From NCBI GenBank assembly GCA_019057385.1, contig JAHQJS010000007.1:288001-352000 (forward strand): 64,000 nt of DNA. The letters are read 5' to 3'. Numbering within the stretch: the stretch's first letter is position 1; each line of letters starts with the position of its first letter. A program made the translations under genes and the position numbers. Shown here one piece after another: positions 19,536-28,834 of the stretch. The stretch comes from Candidatus Borrarchaeum weybense (GTDB lineage: Archaea; Asgardarchaeota; Sifarchaeia; Borrarchaeales; Borrarchaeaceae). The notes under the pieces are model-generated. The model ran no database searches and had not been told where the DNA came from. It worked only from the letters and a program-made list of their open reading frames with translations.

Positions 19536-19795
19536 ATGAAAATGCGAGAAGAAGTTGAAAAAGCGATAAATGAATTACGAGGACCTTTGCGTAATGATGG
19601 AGGAGATGTTGAACTAGTTGATGTTCAGGGAAGTAAGGTGTTAGTCCGTCTAATGGGTGCATGTGCTGGCTGTCCTTTTAGTCAGGATGTTTATTAAACT
19701 TAAGCATCCCTAAAAAGATGACAGTCAAGAACTATATTGAAGCAGAGTTAAAAAAGAGAGTGCCCGGGGTCAGTGAAGTCGTCCCCGTTGCTTAA
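19536..19795 (+). CDS. nifU: NifU/Nfu Fe-S carrier domain protein, split by a 32-nt intron (exons 19536-19683 and 19716-19795; 75 aa)
   Basis: Not in the ORF track. The spliced product is MKMREEVEKAINELRGPLRNDGGDVELVDVQGSKVLVRLMGACAGCPFSQMTVKNYIEAELKKRVPGVSEVVPVA. AGGAGG SD at 19526-31. Confidence 0.9.
19684..19715 (+). other. Archaeal bulge-helix-bulge (EndA-type) intron in a protein-coding gene
   Basis: Central helix TTAG(19678-81)/CTAA(19710-13); 3-nt bulges TCA(19682-84) and AAA(19714-16); intron stem GGATGTTTA/TAAGCATCC; exon stem TGGCTGTC/GACAGTCA. Canonical cuts restore the frame. Confidence 0.85.
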
Positions 19796-19913
19796 AATAT
19801 TTCACATTAGGTTTCAGCAAATATTCTAATGTAGATCTTATTTGTTTTGCATTAAATCATTTGTTGAAATATCTTATCTCATTTAAAGAATGGGTTATTT
19901 TTTCTATTTCATT

Positions 19914-21800
19914 TTAGCATCTTTCCCATGCTGTAATATGGGCATCAATATAGGCTTTTATTAGATGTGACCAGTCACTTTTTTTGGCAAGTTCCCTTGC
20001 ATTTTGCTTCAATTTTTCGAGTTCCTCTTGAGATAACTGAGAAATATCATATAACATCTTCCATAAATCATCAACTATTTCTTGATTTGATCTATTGTGT
20101 CGCCTAAGAATCTTGATGCCTAGGTTTTTTTGTTCTCTATTAGATTGAATTCCAAGCAAGCTGTATCCATAGCCTGTTAAGTCGGTAGTAACAGCAATAA
20201 CGCACCTACTTGCTGCCTCTAGCGGCGTATAACCAAATGGTTCATATATCGAGGGATAAATACCCACATCTGTTGCTGAAATTGCATCAAAATAATCCAA
20301 ATTTAGAAAACCATCTTTTCTAGAAAGATATATTGGCATAAAAATAACTTTAACTCTATCCCTTTCCTCATTTCTAAGGTTCACGGCATTCGCTGCAGTG
20401 ATTATTGCGTCATTTGGAACTAGCATGTTATGTGTGCAAATTGGGAGTGAACCAATTCTTCCCGTTATTTGCTCTTTTGCATTTTCAAAATCATTAATTG
20501 TTTGTGTAAAATCATCTGCGAAAAAGTCTTTGAGATTCTTACTGAAGACCCCCTCTAATGTACCATTATAAAGTCCATGAATTACTTCATCTTCTATTTT
20601 AAATAAAAAAGGAGCTATTTTATCAGCTACCATCGAGTAATGACTCACAGCTTTTTCAATGTCTTCTCTTGGATTAAGAACAGCCGCTGGCACCCAAATA
20701 AAAGCAAATACATTTCTATCTGATTCCTTACTTTTTAAGAACTCATTTAAGTTAGACAATGATTGAATGAAAATGTCTATCCCTTTATTACTAAATTCAT
20801 ATCGACCAGAAAGATGGACAATAAGCGAATTTTCAGTTTTTACATTATACCAAGGCGCGAAAAATGCTTCTATAAACCGTATAATTTTAGGTCGCGTTCT
20901 CATTCGTCGTCTTCTGCAATCTTCACCTTTTAAAAAGGTCGAGAAATCTAAACCATTTGGAGTAATCATCATTTGATCTACTCCGTGAATGTATCGAATT
21001 TCTTTTGCTGTAATTTCACTTACTGTTGTAAGTACATCAGCTTCTCGGCAACAGACTTGTTCCATCAGATGCTTGCCTTCGAGTTTGAATTGAAATGCTT
21101 GCCCTTGATCCGCCATCATTGCTTTGTCTTGCCCAAGTCCTTCATCAATTTCCTTAATCAGATCATGACCGGCTTCTGCCTTTTTTCTTCCTAGCATAGT
21201 TGCATGAGTAGTGAAAATTTTACCGATCTTTGTACCTTGTAACTTAAGGTAAAGAAGTCCTGCGCCCGCTAACCATTCGTGAAAATGTGCGACAACCCTC
21301 TTAGAAGCAAACTGAGGTGCAGTAAGTACCCCCTCTATAAGCATTCCTGTGGCCCAAGACCATGCAATTGGCTCATCGTAATCGAATCCCATCATTAGTG
21401 AGTCTATTTTGTATTTCTCCCAGAATAACCCCTTTATATCGTCAACCTGCCTCACTGTCTGCCCATCTGGCTTTATAACCATTCGATTCATAAAATCTCT
21501 TGAATCTATTAAAAATACGAAACTTTCATCTCCAGCTACCCATCTGCCAAAATATACTTTTATCCCTGCATCTCCTAACTTGCGAAATAACCATTCAAAT
21601 TCTCTAGGAGGTGTCATGTCAATAAAATCTTCACTTACATGAGCAGGGTTATAAAAACCAATGCCATAATAGTTTTCTGAACCATATACTAATTTCATAT
21701 ACTTTGCTTTACTTGCAATAACTTGGTAAATTCCACCTACCTTATTTGCAATTTCGAATGACACTTCGAAACAAGAATCGGGGGCGTTATCTCTCTCCAT
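19914..21800 (-). CDS. Glycogen synthase, GT3 family
   Basis: FEVSFEIANKVGGIY, HFHEW, FTTHAT, SGRYEFSNKGID and PSIYEPFGYTP motifs. Confidence 0.9.
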   Translation of the reverse strand: MERDNAPDSCFEVSFEIANKVGGIYQVIASKAKYMKLVYGSENYYGIGFYNPAHVSEDFIDMTPPREFEWLFRKLGDAGIKVYFGRWVAGDESFVFLIDSRDFMNRMVIKPDGQTVRQVDDIKGLFWEKYKIDSLMMGFDYDEPIAWSWATGMLIEGVLTAPQFASKRVVAHFHEWLAGAGLLYLKLQGTKIGKIFTTHATMLGRKKAEAGHDLIKEIDEGLGQDKAMMADQGQAFQFKLEGKHLMEQVCCREADVLTTVSEITAKEIRYIHGVDQMMITPNGLDFSTFLKGEDCRRRRMRTRPKIIRFIEAFFAPWYNVKTENSLIVHLSGRYEFSNKGIDIFIQSLSNLNEFLKSKESDRNVFAFIWVPAAVLNPREDIEKAVSHYSMVADKIAPFLFKIEDEVIHGLYNGTLEGVFSKNLKDFFADDFTQTINDFENAKEQITGRIGSLPICTHNMLVPNDAIITAANAVNLRNEERDRVKVIFMPIYLSRKDGFLNLDYFDAISATDVGIYPSIYEPFGYTPLEAASRCVIAVTTDLTGYGYSLLGIQSNREQKNLGIKILRRHNRSNQEIVDDLWKMLYDISQLSQEELEKLKQNARELAKKSDWSHLIKAYIDAHITAWERC

Positions 21801-21956
21801 TTGTCTTTTCGCCTCTCTTTGTATTGCCTAGAAAAAATATTTAAAAAACATTGTATACAAATGGTGTCCAAGAGCCATTCTTTAAACTTATCGATTATGA
21901 AAAAAACTGGCACAATTTCGAAAAAAAATCTACAAAGAATAAAAGAAGGGAAACGA

Positions 21957-22706
21957 GTGAAGAAACCACTTTTTGTTATTGGTGTTGTTGTCTTAACTGT
22001 CGGGATATTATTAGCTGCTTTTGGCACACGACAAGTCCCTTATACAGATTATGAAACCTATTCGGCGCAAAATTCTACGGTAATAGTAAATGAAGCTAGT
22101 AAAATTTCAAATAATGACTATTATGCATACTATAGGGATTTTGATGCAGGAGAACAATTAAAAATAGAATTTAGTGCTGTGAGCGACCTTTCAATTTGGG
22201 TTGAAAACGAAGACGAATACTATAAATTTACAAGCTCTCAGTCGCATTCTGGTATTTGGGCTGCACTTGATGTTACTAGCGCTGAAGCAACTGTTACCAT
22301 CCCCAATGATGACTATTACTATGTCGTGATCTTAAATGAGAATACTCATTCTGTGGAATACGATCTAAAGGTTACTGAATATTGGACATCTCTTGAAACT
22401 AGAGAGATAATTCGTTATAGGCCTGATTACACATTAAATTTCGTTGGCGTTGCCATTGTCTTTGCTGGAGTAATTTTGACTGTAGTAGGAGCAGTTACTA
22501 AACCTTCAGATTTAGAAGACTATGAAGATGATGAGGAACTCTCAACTCTGCAACCTACGCCAATTATAACAACAGCTGATACTGATGGTGAAACTGAGTT
22601 ACTAGAAGTAATGGAAAAAGTGCCATCTGAAATAATTTGTCCAAACTGTGCCTCAGAAATCGACGCGGAGACTACTTTCTGTCCTTATTGCGGATCAAAA
22701 CTATAA
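21957..22706 (+). CDS. Two-TM membrane protein with extracellular beta domain and C-terminal zinc ribbon
   Basis: Likely GTG start (MKKPLFVIG); second TM near residue 165; CPNC..CPYC at the C-terminus. Confidence 0.75.
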   Translation: MKKPLFVIGVVVLTVGILLAAFGTRQVPYTDYETYSAQNSTVIVNEASKISNNDYYAYYRDFDAGEQLKIEFSAVSDLSIWVENEDEYYKFTSSQSHSGIWAALDVTSAEATVTIPNDDYYYVVILNENTHSVEYDLKVTEYWTSLETREIIRYRPDYTLNFVGVAIVFAGVILTVVGAVTKPSDLEDYEDDEELSTLQPTPIITTADTDGETELLEVMEKVPSEIICPNCASEIDAETTFCPYCGSKL

Positions 22707-22737
22707 TTTCTCTTTTTCGTTTTTTCAACAACTATAT

Positions 22738-23304
22738 TTAAGTTGAAATTCGACTCATAAATTCATTTTTGATCTTTTTTGGATGCCAAGGAATGTTTTC
22801 GAAAGGAGGATCACCTGGTTGTACTTTTACATGTAATATCTGTAAACCATTTCCTTTCAAAAGCCAATTCAATTTTTCCTGAATAACTGTTTTATTATCA
22901 TTACTCTGAATAGATACAGTAGTTTCTACACCTATACCACGTATCATAGTTTCATAATTGATAACAGAAGAAACGGTTGGTTGCCCGCCTGTTGTTGCAT
23001 ACAGTTCATTATCAATTATCAAGATTTTTAGGTTTGAAGGCTTTAAACTGGAGACAGTTGACATAGATCCGAGGCCCATCAAGAAATTGCCATCGCCTGT
23101 AATAACAATAACCTTTCTATCAGGCTGCGAAATTGCTAAACCCAAACCTACTGCCATCGGTAGCCCCATACTTCCTCTGAGATAAACCTGTGGCCTAGGT
23201 AAACAATGAAATACTTGTCTACTAATATTTCCATTTGAACCTACTATCAGTTCATTACCTTGAAGAAAAGTTCCTAATAATTCGATTATCTCGTGTCCCT
23301 TCAT
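22738..23304 (-). CDS. comE: Sulfopyruvate/phosphonopyruvate decarboxylase beta subunit (ThDP binding)
   Basis: GSMG, GDGNFLM..DN and TTGGQPT motifs; ATG at 23304 overlaps the alpha-subunit stop (ATGA). Confidence 0.75.
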   Translation of the reverse strand: MKGHEIIELLGTFLQGNELIVGSNGNISRQVFHCLPRPQVYLRGSMGLPMAVGLGLAISQPDRKVIVITGDGNFLMGLGSMSTVSSLKPSNLKILIIDNELYATTGGQPTVSSVINYETMIRGIGVETTVSIQSNDNKTVIQEKLNWLLKGNGLQILHVKVQPGDPPFENIPWHPKKIKNEFMSRIST

Positions 23305-23801
23305 TTTTTGCTTAGCACCCCCTTCGTTACGAGTAGGCAAACCGGTCTCATTGTAACATTCATTTTATTTATTGCATTTTCAAGTGTACTTTGCCAATTT
23401 TCTTCCTTTAATTCCCAATAAGGGACACGATATGCTCTTAAAGCATCTTCAGTAACTTCTCCCATAATTGAGTGCTCTGGAAAGTCCTTATCAGGTTCTA
23501 ATCCTCTCCAACTAACAAGTAAGAGAATAGGGATTTCATAAAGTTGTGCGAGAGAAGTTAATGCATCTCCAATAACCGCAAATCCTGAGTTCTGCATTAT
23601 TACCATGCCTTTTTTTCCACCAAAATGGGCACCGCAAATTACGCCAATTGCTTCGTCTTCACGTGTTGCAGGTACGTATCTGATCTCTTTGCCAACTTCA
23701 AAAGCTGTAAGCAAGTCTTTAAAATAAGAACATGGAACACCTGAAGCAATGCTAAACCCTTGCTGCTTAAGTGTATTCAAGAACTCATCTAGGGCAATCA
23801 T
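23301..23801 (-). CDS. comD: Sulfopyruvate/phosphonopyruvate decarboxylase alpha subunit
   Basis: GVPCS, TREDEA, MQNSG and SWRG..PEH motifs. Confidence 0.75.
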   Translation of the reverse strand: MIALDEFLNTLKQQGFSIASGVPCSYFKDLLTAFEVGKEIRYVPATREDEAIGVICGAHFGGKKGMVIMQNSGFAVIGDALTSLAQLYEIPILLLVSWRGLEPDKDFPEHSIMGEVTEDALRAYRVPYWELKEENWQSTLENAINKMNVTMRPVCLLVTKGVLSKK

Positions 23802-23939
23802 ATTCTCACAGAGATCTTTTTTATTTTTAAATGTAATGGTTCTTTGTCAAAACGTGTGGACTTTATATATTATTTTAAATTGTTGCTTCTACCCCCCAAG
23901 AAACTCGCACTTTAGTATAAGAGATGTGTTTGACTTTTT

Positions 23940-23975
23940 GCCCGCCCATCCCGGGCGGGTTCTCCTTCGGTGAGA
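23940..23975 (+). promoter_or_regulatory. Two adjacent GC-rich hairpins in a 5' leader; the second covers the SD
   Basis: GCCCGCCC-ATCCC-GGGCGGGT, then TCTC-C(TTCG)G-T-GAGA containing GGTGA, ending 4 nt before ATG 23980. Confidence 0.45.
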
Positions 23976-23979
23976 TATT

Positions 23980-24276
23980 ATGACTGAAATCATGCCATTG
24001 CCCAGTGCCGAAATGGTTCAAAAAGACTTGAAAAAACTATATATGAAATTGGCTCATCTAAAAATGGAAAAAATAAAATTTGAAAAAACAATCGAAGATA
24101 TCCTTCATGCATTCGACACAAGAGAAGCCTTGAGATGGGGAAAAGCCAAAAAAATTGAACAAATAGAGCGCTTAAACAGATATATTCTTCAATATAACCA
24201 AGTAAGAAAACATCTTATAGAAATAAATAGAAAGATGCGGGTGTTAGAAGAACAAGAATCAACTAATCCACTATAA
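23980..24276 (+). CDS. Hypothetical coiled-coil protein
   Basis: 98-aa helical ORF with GGTGA SD. Confidence 0.65.
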   Translation: MTEIMPLPSAEMVQKDLKKLYMKLAHLKMEKIKFEKTIEDILHAFDTREALRWGKAKKIEQIERLNRYILQYNQVRKHLIEINRKMRVLEEQESTNPL

Positions 24277-24611
24277 AGAGTAAAAATTATTTATATAAGT
24301 CTTTTATTCTCTTATAGGGTTTTATTTACGAGAAACAGCATTTTATTGGTTTACAATATACTAAAATGATACAATAGCCATTTATTGTGTCATCCGTTAA
24401 TTAAAAGTTCTGTCGGGTAGGGAAGAAAAGTATTTAATTCTTCTTATCTTTATCCTCGCCATTTCAATTAATAATGGAATTATAAGTAGATAGTTTGATA
24501 ACTGCTCACCAATTAGTGATTTATGCAAAGTCAAATAGCGAGAGGTATTTTACGAAAACTTTCGCAACTATTATATATCCAGAAGCACATATCAATGAGG
24601 CATAAATCCTA

Positions 24612-25475
24612 GTGGGGGTTCAAATGAAACGGATTTCTCAGCCTGAGGATCGAAATTTAGTGTTATACTATATAATTACAATCGCCTTTACTTGGTTTTT
24701 TTGGATATCTGAAATCTTGGCTATGCAGGGACGACTGGGCTCTTCCATTTTTACCGACTTTCTCTTGAGCCCGAACAATCCTGCTGCATGGGGACCGCTT
24801 ATTGCGGCGGTGGTGCTCACTTATTGGAACGCAAGAAAAGAAGGAGTAATCAAACTCTTGAAACGAGGGATCGATTTTCGCTTCCCTAAAGTATGGTGGA
24901 TCCCCACTATCTTGTTCTGGCCTGCTATCATGGGAGGAGGTCTTCTAGTGGCATTTCTTGCAGGAGAGCAGATACCTACGTTGTTCTGGGTAGCTAATCC
25001 TTTATTAATTGTTTCTTCCTTTGTTCTGATCCTCCTATTTCAGGGACCACTACAAGAAGAATTTGGCTGGAGAGGCTATGCACTCGATCGACTTCAAGCC
25101 CGGTTTAATGCCCTTATATCCAGTATCATTTTAGGATTGATGTGGGTGATTTGGCATATCCCTTATATGTTCTGGTTAAGTGATGAGATCATTTATGAAA
25201 TCTTTTGGGGTTTCCTGCTTTCAAATATCTTGATAACCATTGTATTCACTTGGTTGTTTAATAATACGGGTGGGAGCGTTCTAGTTACACTCATTAATCA
25301 TGCCATGTTCATTTTAGCCGTTATCATGTTTCCAGCCCTGGAAACCGCAGCAGGTAGTCTCTTTTACTTGGTTGTCCTTATCGCATCCATTATTGCAATA
25401 GTATTAATTTGGGGTCCTAAACAACTAATGCGTGAAGCCAAAGAGCAGGAACTTAGTACTAAAGTGGAAAATTGA
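24612..25475 (+). CDS. CPBP (CAAX/Abi) intramembrane metalloprotease
   Basis: EEFGWRG and WVIWHIP motifs, NH in the last motif; multi-TM. Confidence 0.92.
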   Translation: MGVQMKRISQPEDRNLVLYYIITIAFTWFFWISEILAMQGRLGSSIFTDFLLSPNNPAAWGPLIAAVVLTYWNARKEGVIKLLKRGIDFRFPKVWWIPTILFWPAIMGGGLLVAFLAGEQIPTLFWVANPLLIVSSFVLILLFQGPLQEEFGWRGYALDRLQARFNALISSIILGLMWVIWHIPYMFWLSDEIIYEIFWGFLLSNILITIVFTWLFNNTGGSVLVTLINHAMFILAVIMFPALETAAGSLFYLVVLIASIIAIVLIWGPKQLMREAKEQELSTKVEN

Positions 25476-25598
25476 GTCCAAATTAAACTCCCACCTTTCG
25501 GAAGGGATCTTCTCGTAGATAAAAGGTAGACTTAAATCGCCTTCGATAGTTATAACTAGAATGACTGAGTTCTTTTAAATTGATAAAGGCGAAGAATT

Positions 25599-28079
25599 TT
25601 GAAACAGATTTTTAAGGACAAGACAGAAGAAGAAATCCATCAATTCATTAGAGACTTTGTTAGGACCGTTTCAACGTATCCCGATTCTGATAATAGTGCA
25701 AAAAATCTTTCTGATGTTTTTTTAAAGATATATGGGTTCTCCATTGGAGATCCACACATAATTAAGGATGCCCTATTTGCTCAGGCTGGACTAGCACTCC
25801 TTTTAAGCAGTATCTACTACGAGAGCATTCGATATGAGTATAATATAGAAGGACTTCTCACTATTATGAGAGATGTTGGAGGAAGAGCAGCAATTGAACA
25901 AGCTATAGAATTGATTTTGAATAAAAAAGCTGAACCTATTTTTACTATAACCAAAGCAATACTTAGAGCAGTTCCTTCAATTGAAGAACTGTTCAATGAT
26001 TTAATAAAATTAGCCGTGAAACTTTCATCAAAAAGATATTTATTCAGAAGAGATTTTGCAGGAAAAATTTACCATGATATTGTAGGAGATTGGGCGATTA
26101 AAAAGGGATTGGCTGTATTTTTTACTCAGGTTCCATCCGCTTATCTTCTTCTAAGCCTTATAAATCCAAATCCAGTAGAGGAAGAAGGAAAATTAAAACT
26201 TCCTAGAATATGTGATTTTGCATGTGGAAGTGGTACACTTCTAACAGCAGCGTATAATGTTACTAGATCTAAATATGATTCATATTTATTGAAAACTCAT
26301 ACTAGTAAAACGCCAAAAGAGATTAATGAAGAGTTTCACAAAGCATTCATTAAAAATTGTTATGCTTTCGATGTTTTAAAGTATGCTACCCAGATAGCAC
26401 GTCTTACACTAGCATTACACTGTCCTGAAATTCCATTAGAAGATTTTAAATCCTATACGATACCTTTAGGTATTAGGAAAGAATCAGGTAGAGAAATAGT
26501 ATCTTTAGGATCACTAGAGTTTGCTAGATCATCTCCTAGGCTTGAGAAGAATATAATTAAAAAGTGTGAGATGCAAGAGGAAAAAGAACATGTCTACATC
26601 GAGCCTTTCGACCTAGTAGTTATGAATCCTCCTTTTACTGGTACAAGTGAGAGAAAAAGAAAAGGACGAAAAGTCGAAGGTCTATTCGGTTTTATGACTG
26701 ATAAAAAAATCCTAGAAAAAATCAAGAAAGATTATCAGTATTTAAGCCGGGAAGAAATAAAGAGAGTTCTGGAGACCAACGCACTAAAATTTTTGGAAGT
26801 ACATCCTCTGGAAAGACTGCTAGCCGATAGATCCTCACCTTATAGAAAGATTTGGCCTGCAGGAGAGCCTCTTCCATTCCTTTATCTCGCTCACAAATAC
26901 ACTAAAGTCAATGGCACAATCGGATTCGTACTTCCTAAGAGCTTTCTTTCGGGTATTACCTGGTTTCTGGCGAGAACTTTGTTAGCCTCAGACTATCATG
27001 TAGAAACAATCGTTGTAAGTTATGACCCAGAAATGGGATACAATTTTTCAGAGTCAACAGACCTTAGCGAGTGTCTTTTGATAGCTACCAAGAAAAATGA
27101 GCATATAGACGAGGAAAAAACTAAATTTGTCATGCTGCTGAGCAAACCAGAAACCGATATAGTAGCAACATCTCTTACCAAAAAAATCTTTCAAGGAAAA
27201 TCCTATGTGGAAATTGATGGTGCTTCTGCTTTTGTTATAAATATTGGAAGAGAAGAACTTATAGATAATTTAGATAATTGGGGAAGATTTGTATCCCTAC
27301 CAAACCTGAAAATCTTGAAGATATTAAACCAATTACTGAAAGGGGAGATTAGAGTCGGTGAAACAGTAAGAAAGTTCCCTATAACCAAGTTAGATGAACT
27401 AATTTCAACGATCGGAATAAATCGTTGTGAACTCGGGAACAATTTCAACAAAGTAGGCAATAAGGTTTCTGGTGCCTTAAGAATTTTACTCGGAGGAGGA
27501 GAAGAGAATAGAAAAAAGATGAGCCTATCACCAAACCAATATGCACTCCCAACTAAGAGAGGAGAAAGGATATTTCAACAAAAAGCAGGGCATTTATTAG
27601 TACCCGATAGAATCCGGTGGGATACAACTCACGTAATTTCACTACTTTCCAAGGAAAAAACTTTAGGAAATATGTTTTTTGCGATAAATCTCAAGAATGA
27701 GAACCCCAATAAACTAAAAGCTCTTTGTTTATGGCTTAATACAACTTGGGGTATTCTGACAGTTCTTTCAAATAGACAAGAGACAGAAGGAGCTTGGACA
27801 AGTTTGGTGATGGGACATTGGAGGACACTTTCAGTCTTGAACGTGGATGAAATATCCAAAGAATGCTTGGAAAAACTGGCACAGGTTTTCGATAGTTTTA
27901 AGAAAATCGAATTAGGCAGAATACCACATCAGTACAATGTTGAAAACGAGTCGTATAAAATAAGGCTGGATTTGGATACAACCGTCCTTGAGACATTAGG
28001 AATTGAAGTAAGAGAAGAAGATCTTACATCTCTCTATCAAGAAATTTATTCTTCTTTTGAGCAGTGGATAGGACTTTGA
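25599..28079 (+). CDS. N6-adenine DNA methyltransferase, gamma class, with fused target-recognition region (type IIG/IIL-like)
   Basis: FFT, CDFACGSGTLL (motif I), MNPPF (motif IV) and GFVLP motifs. Confidence 0.85.
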   Translation: MKQIFKDKTEEEIHQFIRDFVRTVSTYPDSDNSAKNLSDVFLKIYGFSIGDPHIIKDALFAQAGLALLLSSIYYESIRYEYNIEGLLTIMRDVGGRAAIEQAIELILNKKAEPIFTITKAILRAVPSIEELFNDLIKLAVKLSSKRYLFRRDFAGKIYHDIVGDWAIKKGLAVFFTQVPSAYLLLSLINPNPVEEEGKLKLPRICDFACGSGTLLTAAYNVTRSKYDSYLLKTHTSKTPKEINEEFHKAFIKNCYAFDVLKYATQIARLTLALHCPEIPLEDFKSYTIPLGIRKESGREIVSLGSLEFARSSPRLEKNIIKKCEMQEEKEHVYIEPFDLVVMNPPFTGTSERKRKGRKVEGLFGFMTDKKILEKIKKDYQYLSREEIKRVLETNALKFLEVHPLERLLADRSSPYRKIWPAGEPLPFLYLAHKYTKVNGTIGFVLPKSFLSGITWFLARTLLASDYHVETIVVSYDPEMGYNFSESTDLSECLLIATKKNEHIDEEKTKFVMLLSKPETDIVATSLTKKIFQGKSYVEIDGASAFVINIGREELIDNLDNWGRFVSLPNLKILKILNQLLKGEIRVGETVRKFPITKLDELISTIGINRCELGNNFNKVGNKVSGALRILLGGGEENRKKMSLSPNQYALPTKRGERIFQQKAGHLLVPDRIRWDTTHVISLLSKEKTLGNMFFAINLKNENPNKLKALCLWLNTTWGILTVLSNRQETEGAWTSLVMGHWRTLSVLNVDEISKECLEKLAQVFDSFKKIELGRIPHQYNVENESYKIRLDLDTTVLETLGIEVREEDLTSLYQEIYSSFEQWIGL

Positions 28080-28124
28080 CTGCCCGTCAAAGGTAAAAAT
28101 CCTCTCACAATATCATGAGGTTAG

Positions 28125-28328
28125 TTAGAACTGAGATGCGAATATTATAGCGATCACTATAAGTAAAATCCCCATGGCAATTAATAATAATGCTCCAATT
28201 AGTGTATCGGGTATTATCCAATAACGAATTCCAACTAATGATAAGACACCAAGCACAATCTCTATGATCCCGCCAATTATTACAATTAACCAGATCCAGT
28301 AAAAGATGTTAATTGACCGATTTTCCAT
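28125..28328 (-). CDS. Small two-TM membrane protein
   Basis: 67-aa hydrophobic ORF with AGGAGG SD. Confidence 0.65.
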   Translation of the reverse strand: MENRSINIFYWIWLIVIIGGIIEIVLGVLSLVGIRYWIIPDTLIGALLLIAMGILLIVIAIIFASQF

Positions 28329-28387
28329 TAGTAAATATCCCTCCTTTTTGTTACATCCGTCATTTTCATTTGTTCCTGAGTATTTAA

Positions 28388-28834
28388 CTTTGTCGGCGGG
28401 AAGTCTCCTTCCGAAAGGGAGAGGATGAAAGCCGATGGCTTTTTATAGTTTTTTGGAAACTTATAGATGGTACCGCGAGTGTACCCGTAATGCCCGACTG
28501 GGTGGAGGCATATCCTCCTGTAAGCGACCAGTCAGCAAGTGACAGGGCTAAACGTGAGGAAGCCCGTGCATGAGGTCTTATCCGGCGAGGCAAGATATTC
28601 CCCTTATTGTGTGCAGCTGGCTAACCTGTCGAACAGACAGACAGGTAACAGATCAATAGCCTTCTGCAGGCAGCTAATCAAGGGGCAGGATAAGGGTGAG
28701 CAGCGTGTGCAACCTGGCAAGTTTCCGTAAGCCCATACCTGTAGTGATAGTGGCGAAGCGTCGCCTCCCGTGAGGGAGCGAGAACTACAATGGAAAGCTG
28801 GAAGCCCCATCCTAAAGGGTGGGGAGGATGTCAC
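28388..28834 (+). mobile_element. Non-autonomous IS200/IS605 derivative (about 447 bp), no protein
   Basis: TTAA, then left-end hairpin with GGATGAAAGCCGA; right end GGAAGCCCCATCCTAAAGGGTGGGGAGGATGTCAC; GC-rich island. Left boundary is +/- 2 nt. Confidence 0.8.
28465..28834 (+). ncRNA. Large structured RNA (extended TnpB-type omegaRNA candidate)
   Basis: TTTTATA box at 28441 followed by at least 10 short helices, several of them nested, ending at the transposon right end. Confidence 0.55.

Noticed and set aside
19423-19662. 79-aa minus-strand ORF in the ORF track
   Set aside because: Antisense shadow of nifU exon 1 and the IS right end
19684-19715. nifU as a simple pseudogene or transposon footprint
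   Set aside because: No target duplication beyond 2 nt or IS ends; exact BHB geometry with frame-restoring cut sites and intact exons is unlikely by chance
21801-21956. ORF-track N-terminal extension of the membrane protein
   Set aside because: It spans the divergent promoter region; GTG 21957 precedes the signal/TM segment
28388-28834. Group I intron/IStron, and the short ORFs on both strands
   Set aside because: No recognisable P7/J8-7 core, the element is intergenic, and the ORFs have no motifs
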